Virus record (IMG/VR): IMGVR_UViG_3300001525_000522
Location: 26,015 to 90,014 of that record
Length of the DNA stretch: 64,000 nucleotides
Strand: one strand, 5' to 3'
DNA from: a virus
Taxonomy: Duplodnaviria; Caudoviricetes
The translations under genes were made by a program, and so were the position numbers. The notes below the pieces were generated by a model that ran no database searches, had not been told where the DNA came from, and worked only from the letters and a program-made list of their open reading frames with translations. Positions 29,566 to 39,567 of this stretch are shown one piece after another; position 1 is the stretch's first letter; each line of letters starts with the position of its first letter.

Positions 29566-32500
29566 ATGGCAGATTTTTATTCAACTGATTTTATAAAAGA
29601 TTATGAAGATATTTTAAAATTAGTTAAGACTTTGACTAATAAATGGGATCCTTCTATTTCAGATGAAGCAGACCCAGGAGTAGTATTGATAAAACTTGCT
29701 ACCTTGATGAAAGATAAATTATCTTACAAGCAAGATTTATCAGAAGCTCAAGCATATTTAGATACGGTATCTGATAGGCAGGCGGCCTTTGAGTTATTAC
29801 AAATGCTTGGATATGTGATGAAAAATAAAATTTCATCTACTGGAATAATTTCTATACATAATACAGGTGATGCTAACCTGGATTTAGAAGCTTTTAATAC
29901 GGTGTTTTCTAATTCAGATGATTCTATCACATTCTTTTTACTTCCTGTAGGAGCAGCTATTTTTACTATCCAAGGTAATAGCTCAGCTTCCTTAAGAATG
30001 ATGGAAGGCTCTCCATTCGATATTACAAAAGAAGGCATAGATTATTTTAATATTAAAGATATAGATGAATCTGGAAGATTATATTTAGGAAAATCTGGAT
30101 TAGCACAAAATGGTGTTTTTATCGGTGAGGAAACAGAGACAGCCGGAACTTATGACTATACAAAATGGTCAAATATAGAGGCCTCTGTTTTATATCCAAA
30201 AGATAAATATTTCTTTGTTCTTACAAATTCTGAAGGAGAGAATTACATTCAATTTCCTAAGAATTTTGAAACTTTAATAGGTGCCAAGAATTTTAAGATA
30301 AAAGCCACTTATTCAAAGGGTGCAGGAGGAAATATCTCTGCAGGAACTTTGAGCAAAATAAATAAAATAAATGTTAATAGCGAAGTTCTTACTATTTCAC
30401 AGCCAAATGACATTATTTCTGGATATAATGAAGAAACTATTTCTCAAGGTATTCAGAATTATTATAATACTTTAGATGTTTTTAATACTCTGGTTACTAG
30501 TAATGATTATAATGAGGCCATTAAAAATATAAGAAATCCAGAAATTTCTAATATTCCAGGTAAACAAAACAAGCTATTCTCCAATGGTTATGCTAGAACT
30601 GCCGTAGACAGGCAAGATAAAATTGTTGAGACATATGATAAAATAGTTAATGATACCTTACAAGAAGACCAATATACTAAATATTTCGCAGACAGTGAGG
30701 TTGCCGACAGAGTTATACAAGTTGTAGGACTTGAAAATGCAGATTCTTATGAAGATTCATTTAAACTATTAACCAAATATGGTGATGATGCTTTACAAAA
30801 TAAAGTAAAAGAGCAACTCGATGAAGCATCATCTATAGCCTCTGAAATAGAATTTTCAAATGATGGTTATATTAGAGCAGACGCTATCTTAAATGGTTAT
30901 ATAATGGCAAATATTACCTCTAAAAGTCAGGCTAATGAAATCTTAAAAAATATTATAGCTAAATTAAAATCTGAATATAAGGCGGATAAATTAACTTTTG
31001 GTAAAGCACTTGGTTACAATGAATTAGTCTCTAATATATATGACAGTGACTCTAGGATAATGTCTGTAAGTTTACAGGAACCTCAATATCAGGTTAAAAA
31101 GGTTTATATAGATGAAGATGGTGTTGAACAGACTGAAAACTTGAATAATGACGACAAATTGAATATAGCAACTAAAGCAGTATTAGAAGGCAGCATTCCT
31201 TTATATAGATTTTCTAATAGAAGCAATACTTCAAATATAGCTATACTTAACCCAGGTTATATAAATCTTGGATTAGGCATGAATAATTACAAACAAATAA
31301 ATGAAGGTAATCCATATAATTTACAAATTGCAATAAAAGATAACGGCTGGAGTTATATAAGGAGCTCTGGAGGAGAATTAAAATCTTATAATGTGTTGCA
31401 ACTCAGAAAACCGATAATGGTAGAGGATACAGTTTACGGATATGGTGTAAGATATTGCTACCAGAGCAGATTAGCAAACAATAGGAATATTACTTTAGAA
31501 TCTAATTTGTTAAAAGGAAGCTTAATGAAATCAGGAAGCATCGTCTATTTGGATCCTACCTCAACTCAAGGTTTAGTAGAGAAATTTCCTACCACAGATA
31601 TTAAAGATGCCTTTGACAAAGTAATAGCTAAAAAAGTAGAAATTACTGAAGATTACACTGTGCTTGAATCTGTTCAAATACTGAAAGCTGAGGGTAATAT
31701 AGGAGCATCTGTGCTAACAAGAGGCTCAGCCATTGCCAATGGTTCACTCATAAATGGCACAGTATATTCTGCTCCAGTAATAAAAAATGGTTTTGAGCAC
31801 AAGTTAGCTTCAAATGAAAGTTTCTTTGTAAAAACAAGTTCTACTGATTGGGTAAGTTTAGCAGATGGTTCCATAATAAAACCAAGTGGTTTAGACATAA
31901 CAGCCTCTCCTAGTACATCGGTTTCAGAATCTAATATATTAGGAACCTCTCAATCAATAGCACTTCTGAAAGAATCTAAATCTACGATATCCAATGATTT
32001 AAAATATTTTATTGTAACTAATGGAAATCATTCAATTACTATAGGTAATAATAAAAATTACATGTTGGAAGAAGGAGAGTTCTTTGTATACTCAAATTCT
32101 AATTTGTCAGAATATATAATTTTAGGTGCAGGCACAGTATTATCTTCTGAATCTGGAAATAGCATTGTATTAGATAATGTAAAAACTTCAGATACTGTTT
32201 CAGATATTCAACTCACTGCTTTTAAGAATTTTCCTTCAAATATGTCTTCTTCTATCATAGCAACTGATATGGAAATTTCTACATTTTCTGAAGGTTATTC
32301 AGTTGAATATGGTTCTGATATAATGGTTCAATTCGGAGCATTATCTCAAGATTTGGAAATTAAGAAAGATGACAAAACATACAAGACATTTAACAAAGAT
32401 GACGGATATGAAGTACGCTTAGTAGTTTTAATTGAGCCTGATGAATATGGTACCTTCTCCATGAGGCCTCCTCTAATGACTAATAAATATTCAGGTGTTA

Positions 32501-33252
32501 TATTGGAATTAAATGTCAAAGATAATAATGATAATAATTGGATTCAATTGAAAGGAGAATCAGGCGTAGGAACGTATACAAATCTTCTAATGTCAAAATA
32601 TTTTGGAAGATTAATAACTAGTGGAGAATTTGAAACTTTTTCAGAAGAATCAGATGGAGTTTCTTATGCAGTATGTAATTATAGCTTAGATACAGATAGT
32701 GGTATTGAGGTAAAAAATATAACTCCTGCATCAATGACTCTAATTATTAATGCAGGAAAAACTTATAAAATACCATATGCAGGTAAAGAAAAAGCTTTAA
32801 TAAAAATAGTTAGCTCAGGTACAATGATTCTCAGCGGTGCTTCTGCGATGACAGGTAATCCTAATGTATACAGCATAACAGAAGGTAATATAATAATTAC
32901 TAACAATGACACCACCGGTATTACTGTAATTCTTTCTAATTTATCCATAATTGCCGGCTATTCAGATGAAGTAAAATATGTTGAATCATTTGGTCAAACA
33001 TTGAATACAAATGCTAATGATTATTTTGATCCAGTAGAAGGAAGCATAGAGAAAAAAATAACAGGCACCGGAAAGCCATTTAGTTGGTTATATGTTCCTA
33101 CAGAAGAATTTGAATATCCTACTGCTTCTAGCTCATATCTGATATCTAGCCATCCTATGAATTATAAAACTTTACCACATATCATATTAGATGAGTTAAC
33201 GTTAGCAGATACCCTTAAAATTTTACCAGTAACTAATAGGTACAGTAAATGA
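29566..33252 (+). CDS. Baseplate wedge protein (gp6/baseplate J-like) with long C-terminal extension
   Basis: DPGVVLI.L...EAYLDT...LGY...GA.GNI...LVT..DY motifs in the first ~500 aa; ~700-aa beta-rich extension. Confidence 0.8.
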   Translation: MADFYSTDFIKDYEDILKLVKTLTNKWDPSISDEADPGVVLIKLATLMKDKLSYKQDLSEAQAYLDTVSDRQAAFELLQMLGYVMKNKISSTGIISIHNTGDANLDLEAFNTVFSNSDDSITFFLLPVGAAIFTIQGNSSASLRMMEGSPFDITKEGIDYFNIKDIDESGRLYLGKSGLAQNGVFIGEETETAGTYDYTKWSNIEASVLYPKDKYFFVLTNSEGENYIQFPKNFETLIGAKNFKIKATYSKGAGGNISAGTLSKINKINVNSEVLTISQPNDIISGYNEETISQGIQNYYNTLDVFNTLVTSNDYNEAIKNIRNPEISNIPGKQNKLFSNGYARTAVDRQDKIVETYDKIVNDTLQEDQYTKYFADSEVADRVIQVVGLENADSYEDSFKLLTKYGDDALQNKVKEQLDEASSIASEIEFSNDGYIRADAILNGYIMANITSKSQANEILKNIIAKLKSEYKADKLTFGKALGYNELVSNIYDSDSRIMSVSLQEPQYQVKKVYIDEDGVEQTENLNNDDKLNIATKAVLEGSIPLYRFSNRSNTSNIAILNPGYINLGLGMNNYKQINEGNPYNLQIAIKDNGWSYIRSSGGELKSYNVLQLRKPIMVEDTVYGYGVRYCYQSRLANNRNITLESNLLKGSLMKSGSIVYLDPTSTQGLVEKFPTTDIKDAFDKVIAKKVEITEDYTVLESVQILKAEGNIGASVLTRGSAIANGSLINGTVYSAPVIKNGFEHKLASNESFFVKTSSTDWVSLADGSIIKPSGLDITASPSTSVSESNILGTSQSIALLKESKSTISNDLKYFIVTNGNHSITIGNNKNYMLEEGEFFVYSNSNLSEYIILGAGTVLSSESGNSIVLDNVKTSDTVSDIQLTAFKNFPSNMSSSIIATDMEISTFSEGYSVEYGSDIMVQFGALSQDLEIKKDDKTYKTFNKDDGYEVRLVVLIEPDEYGTFSMRPPLMTNKYSGVILELNVKDNNDNNWIQLKGESGVGTYTNLLMSKYFGRLITSGEFETFSEESDGVSYAVCNYSLDTDSGIEVKNITPASMTLIINAGKTYKIPYAGKEKALIKIVSSGTMILSGASAMTGNPNVYSITEGNIIITNNDTTGITVILSNLSIIAGYSDEVKYVESFGQTLNTNANDYFDPVEGSIEKKITGTGKPFSWLYVPTEEFEYPTASSSYLISSHPMNYKTLPHIILDELTLADTLKILPVTNRYSK

Positions 33253-33740
33253 TAAGAACTAAAAATATTATTCCACAAATTTATAATACTTCTCATGATT
33301 TTCAGCTATTTGAGGCAATTTTAGATACCTTATTTAGTGAAGCTGACATAGGTTGTGCCAAATTACAAGGATTGCATTCTCCTCGTCAATGTTTTGAAGA
33401 AAATTTAGGAAAACTTTCCAGAAATCTAGGCATTGAAACTTCTGACAGAGAATTACTAAAGAAATATAGGTTAATGCTTAAAAATAAGGGTACTATGGAA
33501 GCCGTAGAGGCAGCAATTCTTTATTGTGGAGCAGAGTTAATCTTAGCAGATAAAGACCATAATGGATATGGGTCTATTTATTATAGAAATTTATCTTGGA
33601 AACAAGAAAATCCTAATCCAGAAGTTAATATAATAACATACTATGCAAGTTCATTTAAAAATTTCAATAAACAGCTATTTGAAAAACTACGTAAAATGAT
33701 TTTGCCATTTAATGTCAGAATTACCCTTGAGATAAGATAA
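33249..33740 (+). CDS. Baseplate protein (P2 gpI-like)
   Basis: IPQIYNTSHDFQLF...KGTMEAVEAA...ILP motif. Confidence 0.65.
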   Translation: MIRTKNIIPQIYNTSHDFQLFEAILDTLFSEADIGCAKLQGLHSPRQCFEENLGKLSRNLGIETSDRELLKKYRLMLKNKGTMEAVEAAILYCGAELILADKDHNGYGSIYYRNLSWKQENPNPEVNIITYYASSFKNFNKQLFEKLRKMILPFNVRITLEIR

Positions 33741-33761
33741 TATAAATTATAATAAATTAAA

Positions 33762-33797
33762 AACAGAGGTAACCAACTTAAACCGGTTACCTCTGTT
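33762..33797. terminator. Bidirectional terminator between convergent operons
   Basis: Perfect 13-bp stem AACAGAGGTAACC / GGTTACCTCTGTT. Confidence 0.85.
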
Positions 33798-33816
33798 CTA
33801 TATTTAAACATAAATT

Positions 33817-34311
33817 TTAATTATTATTTTCAGAATCTTCAAATGTAGGTGGAAGTTGTGGTACTCCTGAAACCTTTTCTAACAATTGAGCCTGTAATCT
33901 TTTTCTTTCTCTGAGTTCTTCCTTAGCTCCTTGGGACTGAATAGAATTATTTTGTTGATTTTCAATATTTTGTATTACGTATAAAGGACCACCTGGAACA
34001 GATAATTTAGCCTTCTCTATTTCTAATTTAGCTCTCTCTATTTCATTCTTAGCATCATCTCTCAAAAGTTTTTCTTTAAGCATATAAGTATCTATAGCTA
34101 ATTTAGCTGGAAACATTTTTTCTCCAGTATCTTTTGAGTTATCATCAAGAGCTGTATTTATGATTTTCATAGCCTTATCTAAAGCAGAGTCAATAACTTT
34201 ATTTCTTTGTTTTTGTGCCTCAATTAAAGCCTCTGAAAATAAAATATCTGTTTCAGATTTAAGTGTTATTTGGTTTTGTTTTTTGGTTTTTCTCTTCATG
34301 ACTTTTTTCAA
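33817..34311 (-). CDS. Hypothetical helical protein (terminase small subunit-like, tentative)
   Basis: Size and coiled-coil character only. Confidence 0.6.
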   Translation of the reverse strand: MKKVMKRKTKKQNQITLKSETDILFSEALIEAQKQRNKVIDSALDKAMKIINTALDDNSKDTGEKMFPAKLAIDTYMLKEKLLRDDAKNEIERAKLEIEKAKLSVPGGPLYVIQNIENQQNNSIQSQGAKEELRERKRLQAQLLEKVSGVPQLPPTFEDSENNN

Positions 34312-34708
34312 CTATCCAATTAATAAAATCTGTTTCATTTCCAGTATAACCTTCTTGCAACCAAGTTTTATATGGATTTTCAAGAGATTCATTGAAATCT
34401 TTATAAGCATGAACCATTAAAGCTGTAAATCTTGAAAGAGTTTTTTCTAATAAAACTGCTTTACCTTTTAAATCAACATTTTCCAATAAAGCTTTCAAAT
34501 GTTTATTAGGATAAAATATTCCTATTTCAGAAGTTTTATCATATTTTACTTTACCCTCTAAAACATCAAAAGATACTTTATTATCAGTTATACTGGATTC
34601 TAAGTAAGTTTGTTGAGTTGCTAAAAGAGCTGCATTATAAATAGCGTTTAATTCAGCTTTTTTTGCACTTGAAAGTTTTGTTAAACTTTGTAAGTATGAA
34701 TCGCGCAT
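34259..34708 (-). CDS. Hypothetical protein
   Basis: Part of the minus-strand block; YKTWLQEGYTGNETDF motif. Confidence 0.65.
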   Translation of the reverse strand: MRDSYLQSLTKLSSAKKAELNAIYNAALLATQQTYLESSITDNKVSFDVLEGKVKYDKTSEIGIFYPNKHLKALLENVDLKGKAVLLEKTLSRFTALMVHAYKDFNESLENPYKTWLQEGYTGNETDFINWIVEKSHEEKNQKTKPNNT

Positions 34709-34878
34709 AATAATTTTTTCACACCTTTAACAGTAGATGGTTGTTGTATTTCTACATCTGATTTTAATAAATCATCTAGTCTTTTTTTAACTTCATCAGT
34801 TAAATTGTAGGAATAAGATTCTAATTTAAGAATTAAGTTCTTTAGATATTCTGTCGTATCTTGCTTTTGAGAGTCCAT
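34681..34878 (-). CDS. Small hypothetical protein
   Basis: Fills the minus-strand block; overlaps both neighbours. Confidence 0.5.
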   Translation of the reverse strand: MDSQKQDTTEYLKNLILKLESYSYNLTDEVKKRLDDLLKSDVEIQQPSTVKGVKKLLCAIHTYKV

Positions 34879-35149
34879 TTAATATCTCCGGATTTGCAGA
34901 TTTGGCTAAATCAAAATCACCAATAGCATCTACTAAACAAACTTGAACAATATGAGTAAATTCTTCTACAGTAGGAACTTCTATAGTTGTTCCACCAAAA
35001 TATGAAAGCAAATTCATCAAATCATTAGGTTTTAAAATAAATGCCAATGCTGAATATGGATAAGTCCTTTTGCTTTTATACAGTTTTTCTAAAAGTTTTA
35101 TAAGTATTTCCTTATTTACGGTATTAGAATATTTAATCTCCGAGCTCAT
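34826..35149 (-). CDS. Mor-like transcription regulator (tentative)
   Basis: LLSYFGGTTIEVPT resembles the Mor/C fGG..vYiP motif. Confidence 0.5.
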   Translation of the reverse strand: MSSEIKYSNTVNKEILIKLLEKLYKSKRTYPYSALAFILKPNDLMNLLSYFGGTTIEVPTVEEFTHIVQVCLVDAIGDFDLAKSANPEILNGLSKARYDRISKELNS

Positions 35150-35861
35150 TTTGAAGATTTCTCCTAAATAATTTTATTCCAACTAATACAAAATTTTTCT
35201 TAGATTTATCTAAAAATTTATTATAATTTATATAATAAATTAAGTCTATTGTGTATTTTTTAATTTCAACAGGAAGTTTAGCTAAAGCCAATTTTACAGA
35301 TTTGTAAGATATGTTGTATTTAAGTGCAATTTCTTGAAAACCTTTAAAACTTTTTGGGTCTTCAACCCCTATTTCAGAAATTTCTCCATCTTTATCTGTT
35401 TGCAAAGGAATTTGAGTAAAATCCATATCGAAAATTGACTTATTATATTCAACTAAATATGAAAACATTACCATGTTAGCATATGCACACCAATTATCTA
35501 TTTTAGTCTGTCCTATAGCAGCTTCTAAAATATTTCCTTGTTTTTTCCATCTTTCGCACATTTTCATTGTGCAATAGTTGAGAAAATCATCAGGTGTGCC
35601 GCCTTTACGAATTTTACTTTGGCCTTTTCTGATATAGCCTTTTCCTGTAGCTACAGAAGTCATTAAAGTTTTCATGTCCATAAAAATTTCTTCTGTAGAA
35701 TGAGCACTATTTATTCTATCATTTATTTCCTGTAAACTAGAATCTCCTTTTTTGGCTTCTATATTAGTCCTAGCACAATAAGACCCAGTTTCTTTTAGCC
35801 TTTGAATATTTAAGGCCATTCTTTCTTTTTTACTTAATTTCGGTTTTGGGGCTTCTACCAT
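35133..35861 (-). CDS. Phage sigma factor, T4 gp55-like (tentative)
   Basis: DNWCAYANMVMFSYLVEYNK resembles gp55 [26 protein letters not shown]. Confidence 0.45.
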   Translation of the reverse strand: MVEAPKPKLSKKERMALNIQRLKETGSYCARTNIEAKKGDSSLQEINDRINSAHSTEEIFMDMKTLMTSVATGKGYIRKGQSKIRKGGTPDDFLNYCTMKMCERWKKQGNILEAAIGQTKIDNWCAYANMVMFSYLVEYNKSIFDMDFTQIPLQTDKDGEISEIGVEDPKSFKGFQEIALKYNISYKSVKLALAKLPVEIKKYTIDLIYYINYNKFLDKSKKNFVLVGIKLFRRNLQNELGD

Positions 35862-36179
35862 ATTTATATATACACTTAGTTTTTATATTTTTACATTTTT
35901 TTTTTCGGCTGTAATTATTTAAATTAAATTTTTAAATTTACTCGCATGCGCCTTGCGCCTGTTTGTTAGTAAGATATATATCATGTTGCTAGATTCTAAT
36001 GTATAAATTATATATTTAAAAAAAAAATTTAAATTCTTTATTTTAAAACTCCTACTAACAATATAAAAAAAATTCCTGTGTAATCTCTGCCATTTTATGG
36101 TTAATTTAAAATCTCCATAATTATTTAAAATTATTAAAACAATGGCACGCATGGAGAAAAAAGTTCTGTATATCATAAT

Positions 36180-36668
36180 ATGATAAAAGCATCAGAATCC
36201 TTTTTGAGGAATTTAAAACTTTTAGAAAAATCCATAAATAAGCCTGGTAAATTTGTGAGTAGAGAGGATTTGCCAAATATTTTATGGGGTAATGCTCCTA
36301 GGAAAATAAAAGGACCTAAATGGTTTAAAGAAGAAGTTGAAAAGCATCATTGGATATATGGTAAAAATCTATGTGAATCATGCGGAGAATTATCAAATTC
36401 TTGTGAAAGACACGAATTATATGGATTATATAAAAATGAAAATAAGGATGTTTATATAAAATATGAAGGTTTGATGATGTTGTGTAAAAAATGTCATTCA
36501 AAGATTCATTTTGATTTGAGCAATAAAATTTTTAAACAAAGCCTAATTGATTATGCACCTCAATCAAATAGGATGAGAGATAAGAAATTATGGAATTCTG
36601 CCGTAGGCTTAATAATAAATGATGAATTATATTCTTTTGAGGAATTAAATGTTAATAAGAAGTGTTGA
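36180..36668 (+). CDS. HNH endonuclease
   Basis: CESCG...ERHE...LMMLCKKCHSKIH. Confidence 0.8.
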   Translation: MIKASESFLRNLKLLEKSINKPGKFVSREDLPNILWGNAPRKIKGPKWFKEEVEKHHWIYGKNLCESCGELSNSCERHELYGLYKNENKDVYIKYEGLMMLCKKCHSKIHFDLSNKIFKQSLIDYAPQSNRMRDKKLWNSAVGLIINDELYSFEELNVNKKC

Positions 36669-38445
36669 AAAAATTAAAGATAGAAACTATCTTCAGATGG
36701 AATACGACAAATTATTTGTAGATAGGATGAAGGCAGCTATTCCATTTCCATTAAGACAGTGGGATGCAAATAAAAAACAATGGCATTTCAGTGATAAAGG
36801 CTTAGAAATGCTTAGGAATCTTCCTAATGTGAAATTCTATGAAGATGCTTTAAATGAGGTTATAGATACATCTCAATATGATTTGCCTGTGCCATACAGA
36901 GGAATAGATGATAGAATAGATTTTGAAAAATTTAGAAGAGCTGCAACAGATACTTTGCCTGAATTATACCCTTATGATTTTCAAAAGAGAGGTATTTCGA
37001 GGTTAGTAAATATGGAGGCGCAAGGCCTATACTTCGAATGTGGTTTGGGGAAGACCTATACATCTATTTGTGCCGCAAAAGAGTTGATGGACAGAGGTTT
37101 AGTAAAGCAGTGTTTAGTGATTTCTATGGTTTCCATAGCTATTAGTTCTTGGACTAATACATTAGACAGAATGGGTTATTCTTATCAAATTATAGATGGT
37201 CCATTGAAATATAGGCCTTCACTATTAAAACATTCTAAAGCAGATTTTATAATAACCTTGAGTACTTCTTGTGATGATGATAAATATCCATTGTTAGATG
37301 AGGATAGCTTAAATTCAAAACATAAGAAAGGAAATTCTAGGAAGAGAAGAAGTTTTGTAGATGTGGCATTAGAAAATAAAAAGTTAATGCTTATAGTAGA
37401 TGAACTTCATAAGATGAGCAATACACAGTCAGGAAGATTTAAGTGCTTATTAAAAATCAGAAAAGGCTGTGTCAGAGGAATAGGCCTTACAGGCACTGTT
37501 ATGAAATCTACTCCAGAAAAATGTTTGCTTCCTTTGAGATTTGAATACCCAGATGTTTTTTCTAGAAAATCAGAATTTGAAAATGCCTTTACAATTAAGG
37601 AGCAAGGCCGATTTGGAATGAATATCGTAGGTTATAGGAATTTAGATATTCTTAAAAATATTCTTTTTCGTGCAGGAATGCCTGCTTTGAAAAAGGATTA
37701 TCTTAAAGATTTACCTCCTTTATTGCCACCTAAACTGATTTATTGTGAAACAGATGACATATCCATAAAATTGGTAGATAAAATCAGGAATGAGGAAGCG
37801 TGCAAATTAGGTAAAGGTGACGAGTATACAGAACTTAAAGATGTTTATATAAGAACACATGAGGCTTTAGTATGCCCATCGATGTTTGACCCTAAATTAA
37901 GAGCGACAAACAGATTAGAAGCTGTAGCAGATTGCCTTGACAATTTAGATGGAAAAACTGTAATTTTCACTACATTAAAATCAGCTATTTTAGAATTATA
38001 TTCATACCTAACAGAAAAAGGATATGGCTGTACTTGCTGTAGCGGTTCTCAATCTGCTGAGGAAATTAACCGTAGAGTGAAAAAATTTGTGACAGATGAT
38101 TCATGTACTGTGTTAATTGCTACAATTCAGAAAATGGGTACAGGGTTTGATGGCATTAAAATAGCTCAAAATGCCATAATATATGACTTCAATACAAATT
38201 CAGCTGATTTGATTCAGGCCATAGGAAGACTTCATAGAGATGGACAGAAGAAAACGGTAAGCCAGATTTATATTTTGCAAGATAATGCTATTTCAGAATA
38301 TCAATACAAAAAAGTTATGAAACAAAAAGAAATGACTGAGAGTGTAGAAGATTTTTCTAGAGGCCCAATTAACAGTACAATAGATATGCGAGAGGTTTTA
38401 GACCTCATCAAAGATTCTAAAAATTTCTTAAGGAGAAGACATTGA
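36649..38445 (+). CDS. SNF2-family DEAD/DEAH helicase
   Basis: LYPYDFQ, ECGLGKT, IVDELH, LTGT, GTGFDG, QAIGRLHRDGQ. Confidence 0.9.
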   Translation: MLIRSVEKIKDRNYLQMEYDKLFVDRMKAAIPFPLRQWDANKKQWHFSDKGLEMLRNLPNVKFYEDALNEVIDTSQYDLPVPYRGIDDRIDFEKFRRAATDTLPELYPYDFQKRGISRLVNMEAQGLYFECGLGKTYTSICAAKELMDRGLVKQCLVISMVSIAISSWTNTLDRMGYSYQIIDGPLKYRPSLLKHSKADFIITLSTSCDDDKYPLLDEDSLNSKHKKGNSRKRRSFVDVALENKKLMLIVDELHKMSNTQSGRFKCLLKIRKGCVRGIGLTGTVMKSTPEKCLLPLRFEYPDVFSRKSEFENAFTIKEQGRFGMNIVGYRNLDILKNILFRAGMPALKKDYLKDLPPLLPPKLIYCETDDISIKLVDKIRNEEACKLGKGDEYTELKDVYIRTHEALVCPSMFDPKLRATNRLEAVADCLDNLDGKTVIFTTLKSAILELYSYLTEKGYGCTCCSGSQSAEEINRRVKKFVTDDSCTVLIATIQKMGTGFDGIKIAQNAIIYDFNTNSADLIQAIGRLHRDGQKKTVSQIYILQDNAISEYQYKKVMKQKEMTESVEDFSRGPINSTIDMREVLDLIKDSKNFLRRRH

Positions 38446-38615
38446 TGTATAAATGCGCCAAATGTGGAAAAGAAGTAAAGATAGATGTTGATAAAACCAG
38501 GTATTCTTATGGTTTCATAAAAGGAAAACCATTTATTACTATTTTATGTGATGATTGTAAGAAAATTGTTTCTGAATTAGAGTATAATAAATTGCAGGAA
38601 AAAGGAATTTTATGA
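38445..38615 (+). CDS. Small zinc-finger protein (56 aa, not in the ORF track)
   Basis: MYKCAKCGKE...LCDDCKK; AGGAG RBS; overlaps both neighbours. Confidence 0.7.
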   Translation: MYKCAKCGKEVKIDVDKTRYSYGFIKGKPFITILCDDCKKIVSELEYNKLQEKGIL

Positions 38616-39358
38616 TAAATCTTAATTCTAAAAAAATCATAGAGGAGGTTATGATTCCTCTTTATGACAAAATTTTACAAAATAAAGAGGTAAATGGCAC
38701 AGTAGAATTGATAGGAAAGTCAATTATATTGGATCCTGCTCAATCAGAATTAGCTTATGGTGAATTAAGACCATTTAATCATAAATATGCTAAACAGGAA
38801 GAGGATTGGTATGAGTCTTTGGATCGTTGTATAAAAGGTCATGAAGGCATAGAAAATAACAAAACTTGGAGTTCTATAGCTTCAAAAAATGGAATGGTAA
38901 ATAGCAATTATGGTTATTTGGTTTATGCTAAAAGAACAGGAGGAGAATCACAGTATAACTTTGCATTAGAAAGTTTAATAGATTCTTATAAAGATGGCAA
39001 TTCAGGAAGACAATCAGTAATTTATTATGCTGGGCCTGATATGCATTTAATTTGGAATGACAACATAAATGCTAAACATGATTTTACGTGTACTTTTAAT
39101 ACCCAACATTTTATAAGAGATAATAAGTTAATTTATATAGTAAATCAACGTTCTGCAGATTTAATATTTGGAGTAACATATGATTTTCATCATCATTGCA
39201 GAGTATATCAAAGTTTGATAAAAGACTTAAAAAATAATGGTATAGACATTGAGAATGGTTATATACAAATGAATTTTGGATCATTGCATGTCTATGAAAG
39301 ACATTTTAATTTAATAAAAAATATAGTAGAAACCTTAGTAAATAATTTGGAAGGATAA
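38612..39358 (+). CDS. dCMP hydroxymethylase-like enzyme (thymidylate synthase fold, T4 gp42-like)
   Basis: NSNYG, DFTCT (catalytic Cys), QRSAD, Asp in TYDF (dCMP-type), GSLHVYERHF. Confidence 0.85.
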   Translation: MINLNSKKIIEEVMIPLYDKILQNKEVNGTVELIGKSIILDPAQSELAYGELRPFNHKYAKQEEDWYESLDRCIKGHEGIENNKTWSSIASKNGMVNSNYGYLVYAKRTGGESQYNFALESLIDSYKDGNSGRQSVIYYAGPDMHLIWNDNINAKHDFTCTFNTQHFIRDNKLIYIVNQRSADLIFGVTYDFHHHCRVYQSLIKDLKNNGIDIENGYIQMNFGSLHVYERHFNLIKNIVETLVNNLEG

Positions 39359-39362
39359 AATA

Positions 39363-39566
39363 ATGGCACATAAATATTTTAATAAAATCAGAGAAATAGC
39401 AAGAAATCAAACATCTGAAGATACAAATTTTGTTAAGGATAATGATATAATTAAGGAAACACCTGAGGAGCCTCAGGCTAAGTGCAAGTATACCAGACAT
39501 ATAGATTTGGCTCCATCTATTGCAGAACAGCCTGGAATCATAACTATATCTAAGGAAGAGAATTAA
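39363..39566 (+). CDS. Hypothetical protein
   Basis: GGAAGGA RBS; in operon. Confidence 0.65.
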   Translation: MAHKYFNKIREIARNQTSEDTNFVKDNDIIKETPEEPQAKCKYTRHIDLAPSIAEQPGIITISKEEN

Positions 39567-39567
39567 G

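Noticed and set aside
35919-36176. 85-aa minus-strand ORF in the divergent gap
   Set aside because: Low-complexity AT-rich translation with no RBS; more likely regulatory DNA
38612-39358. Ordinary thymidylate synthase ThyA
   Set aside because: It has Asp instead of the dUMP-specific Asn, and its motif pattern follows T4 gp42
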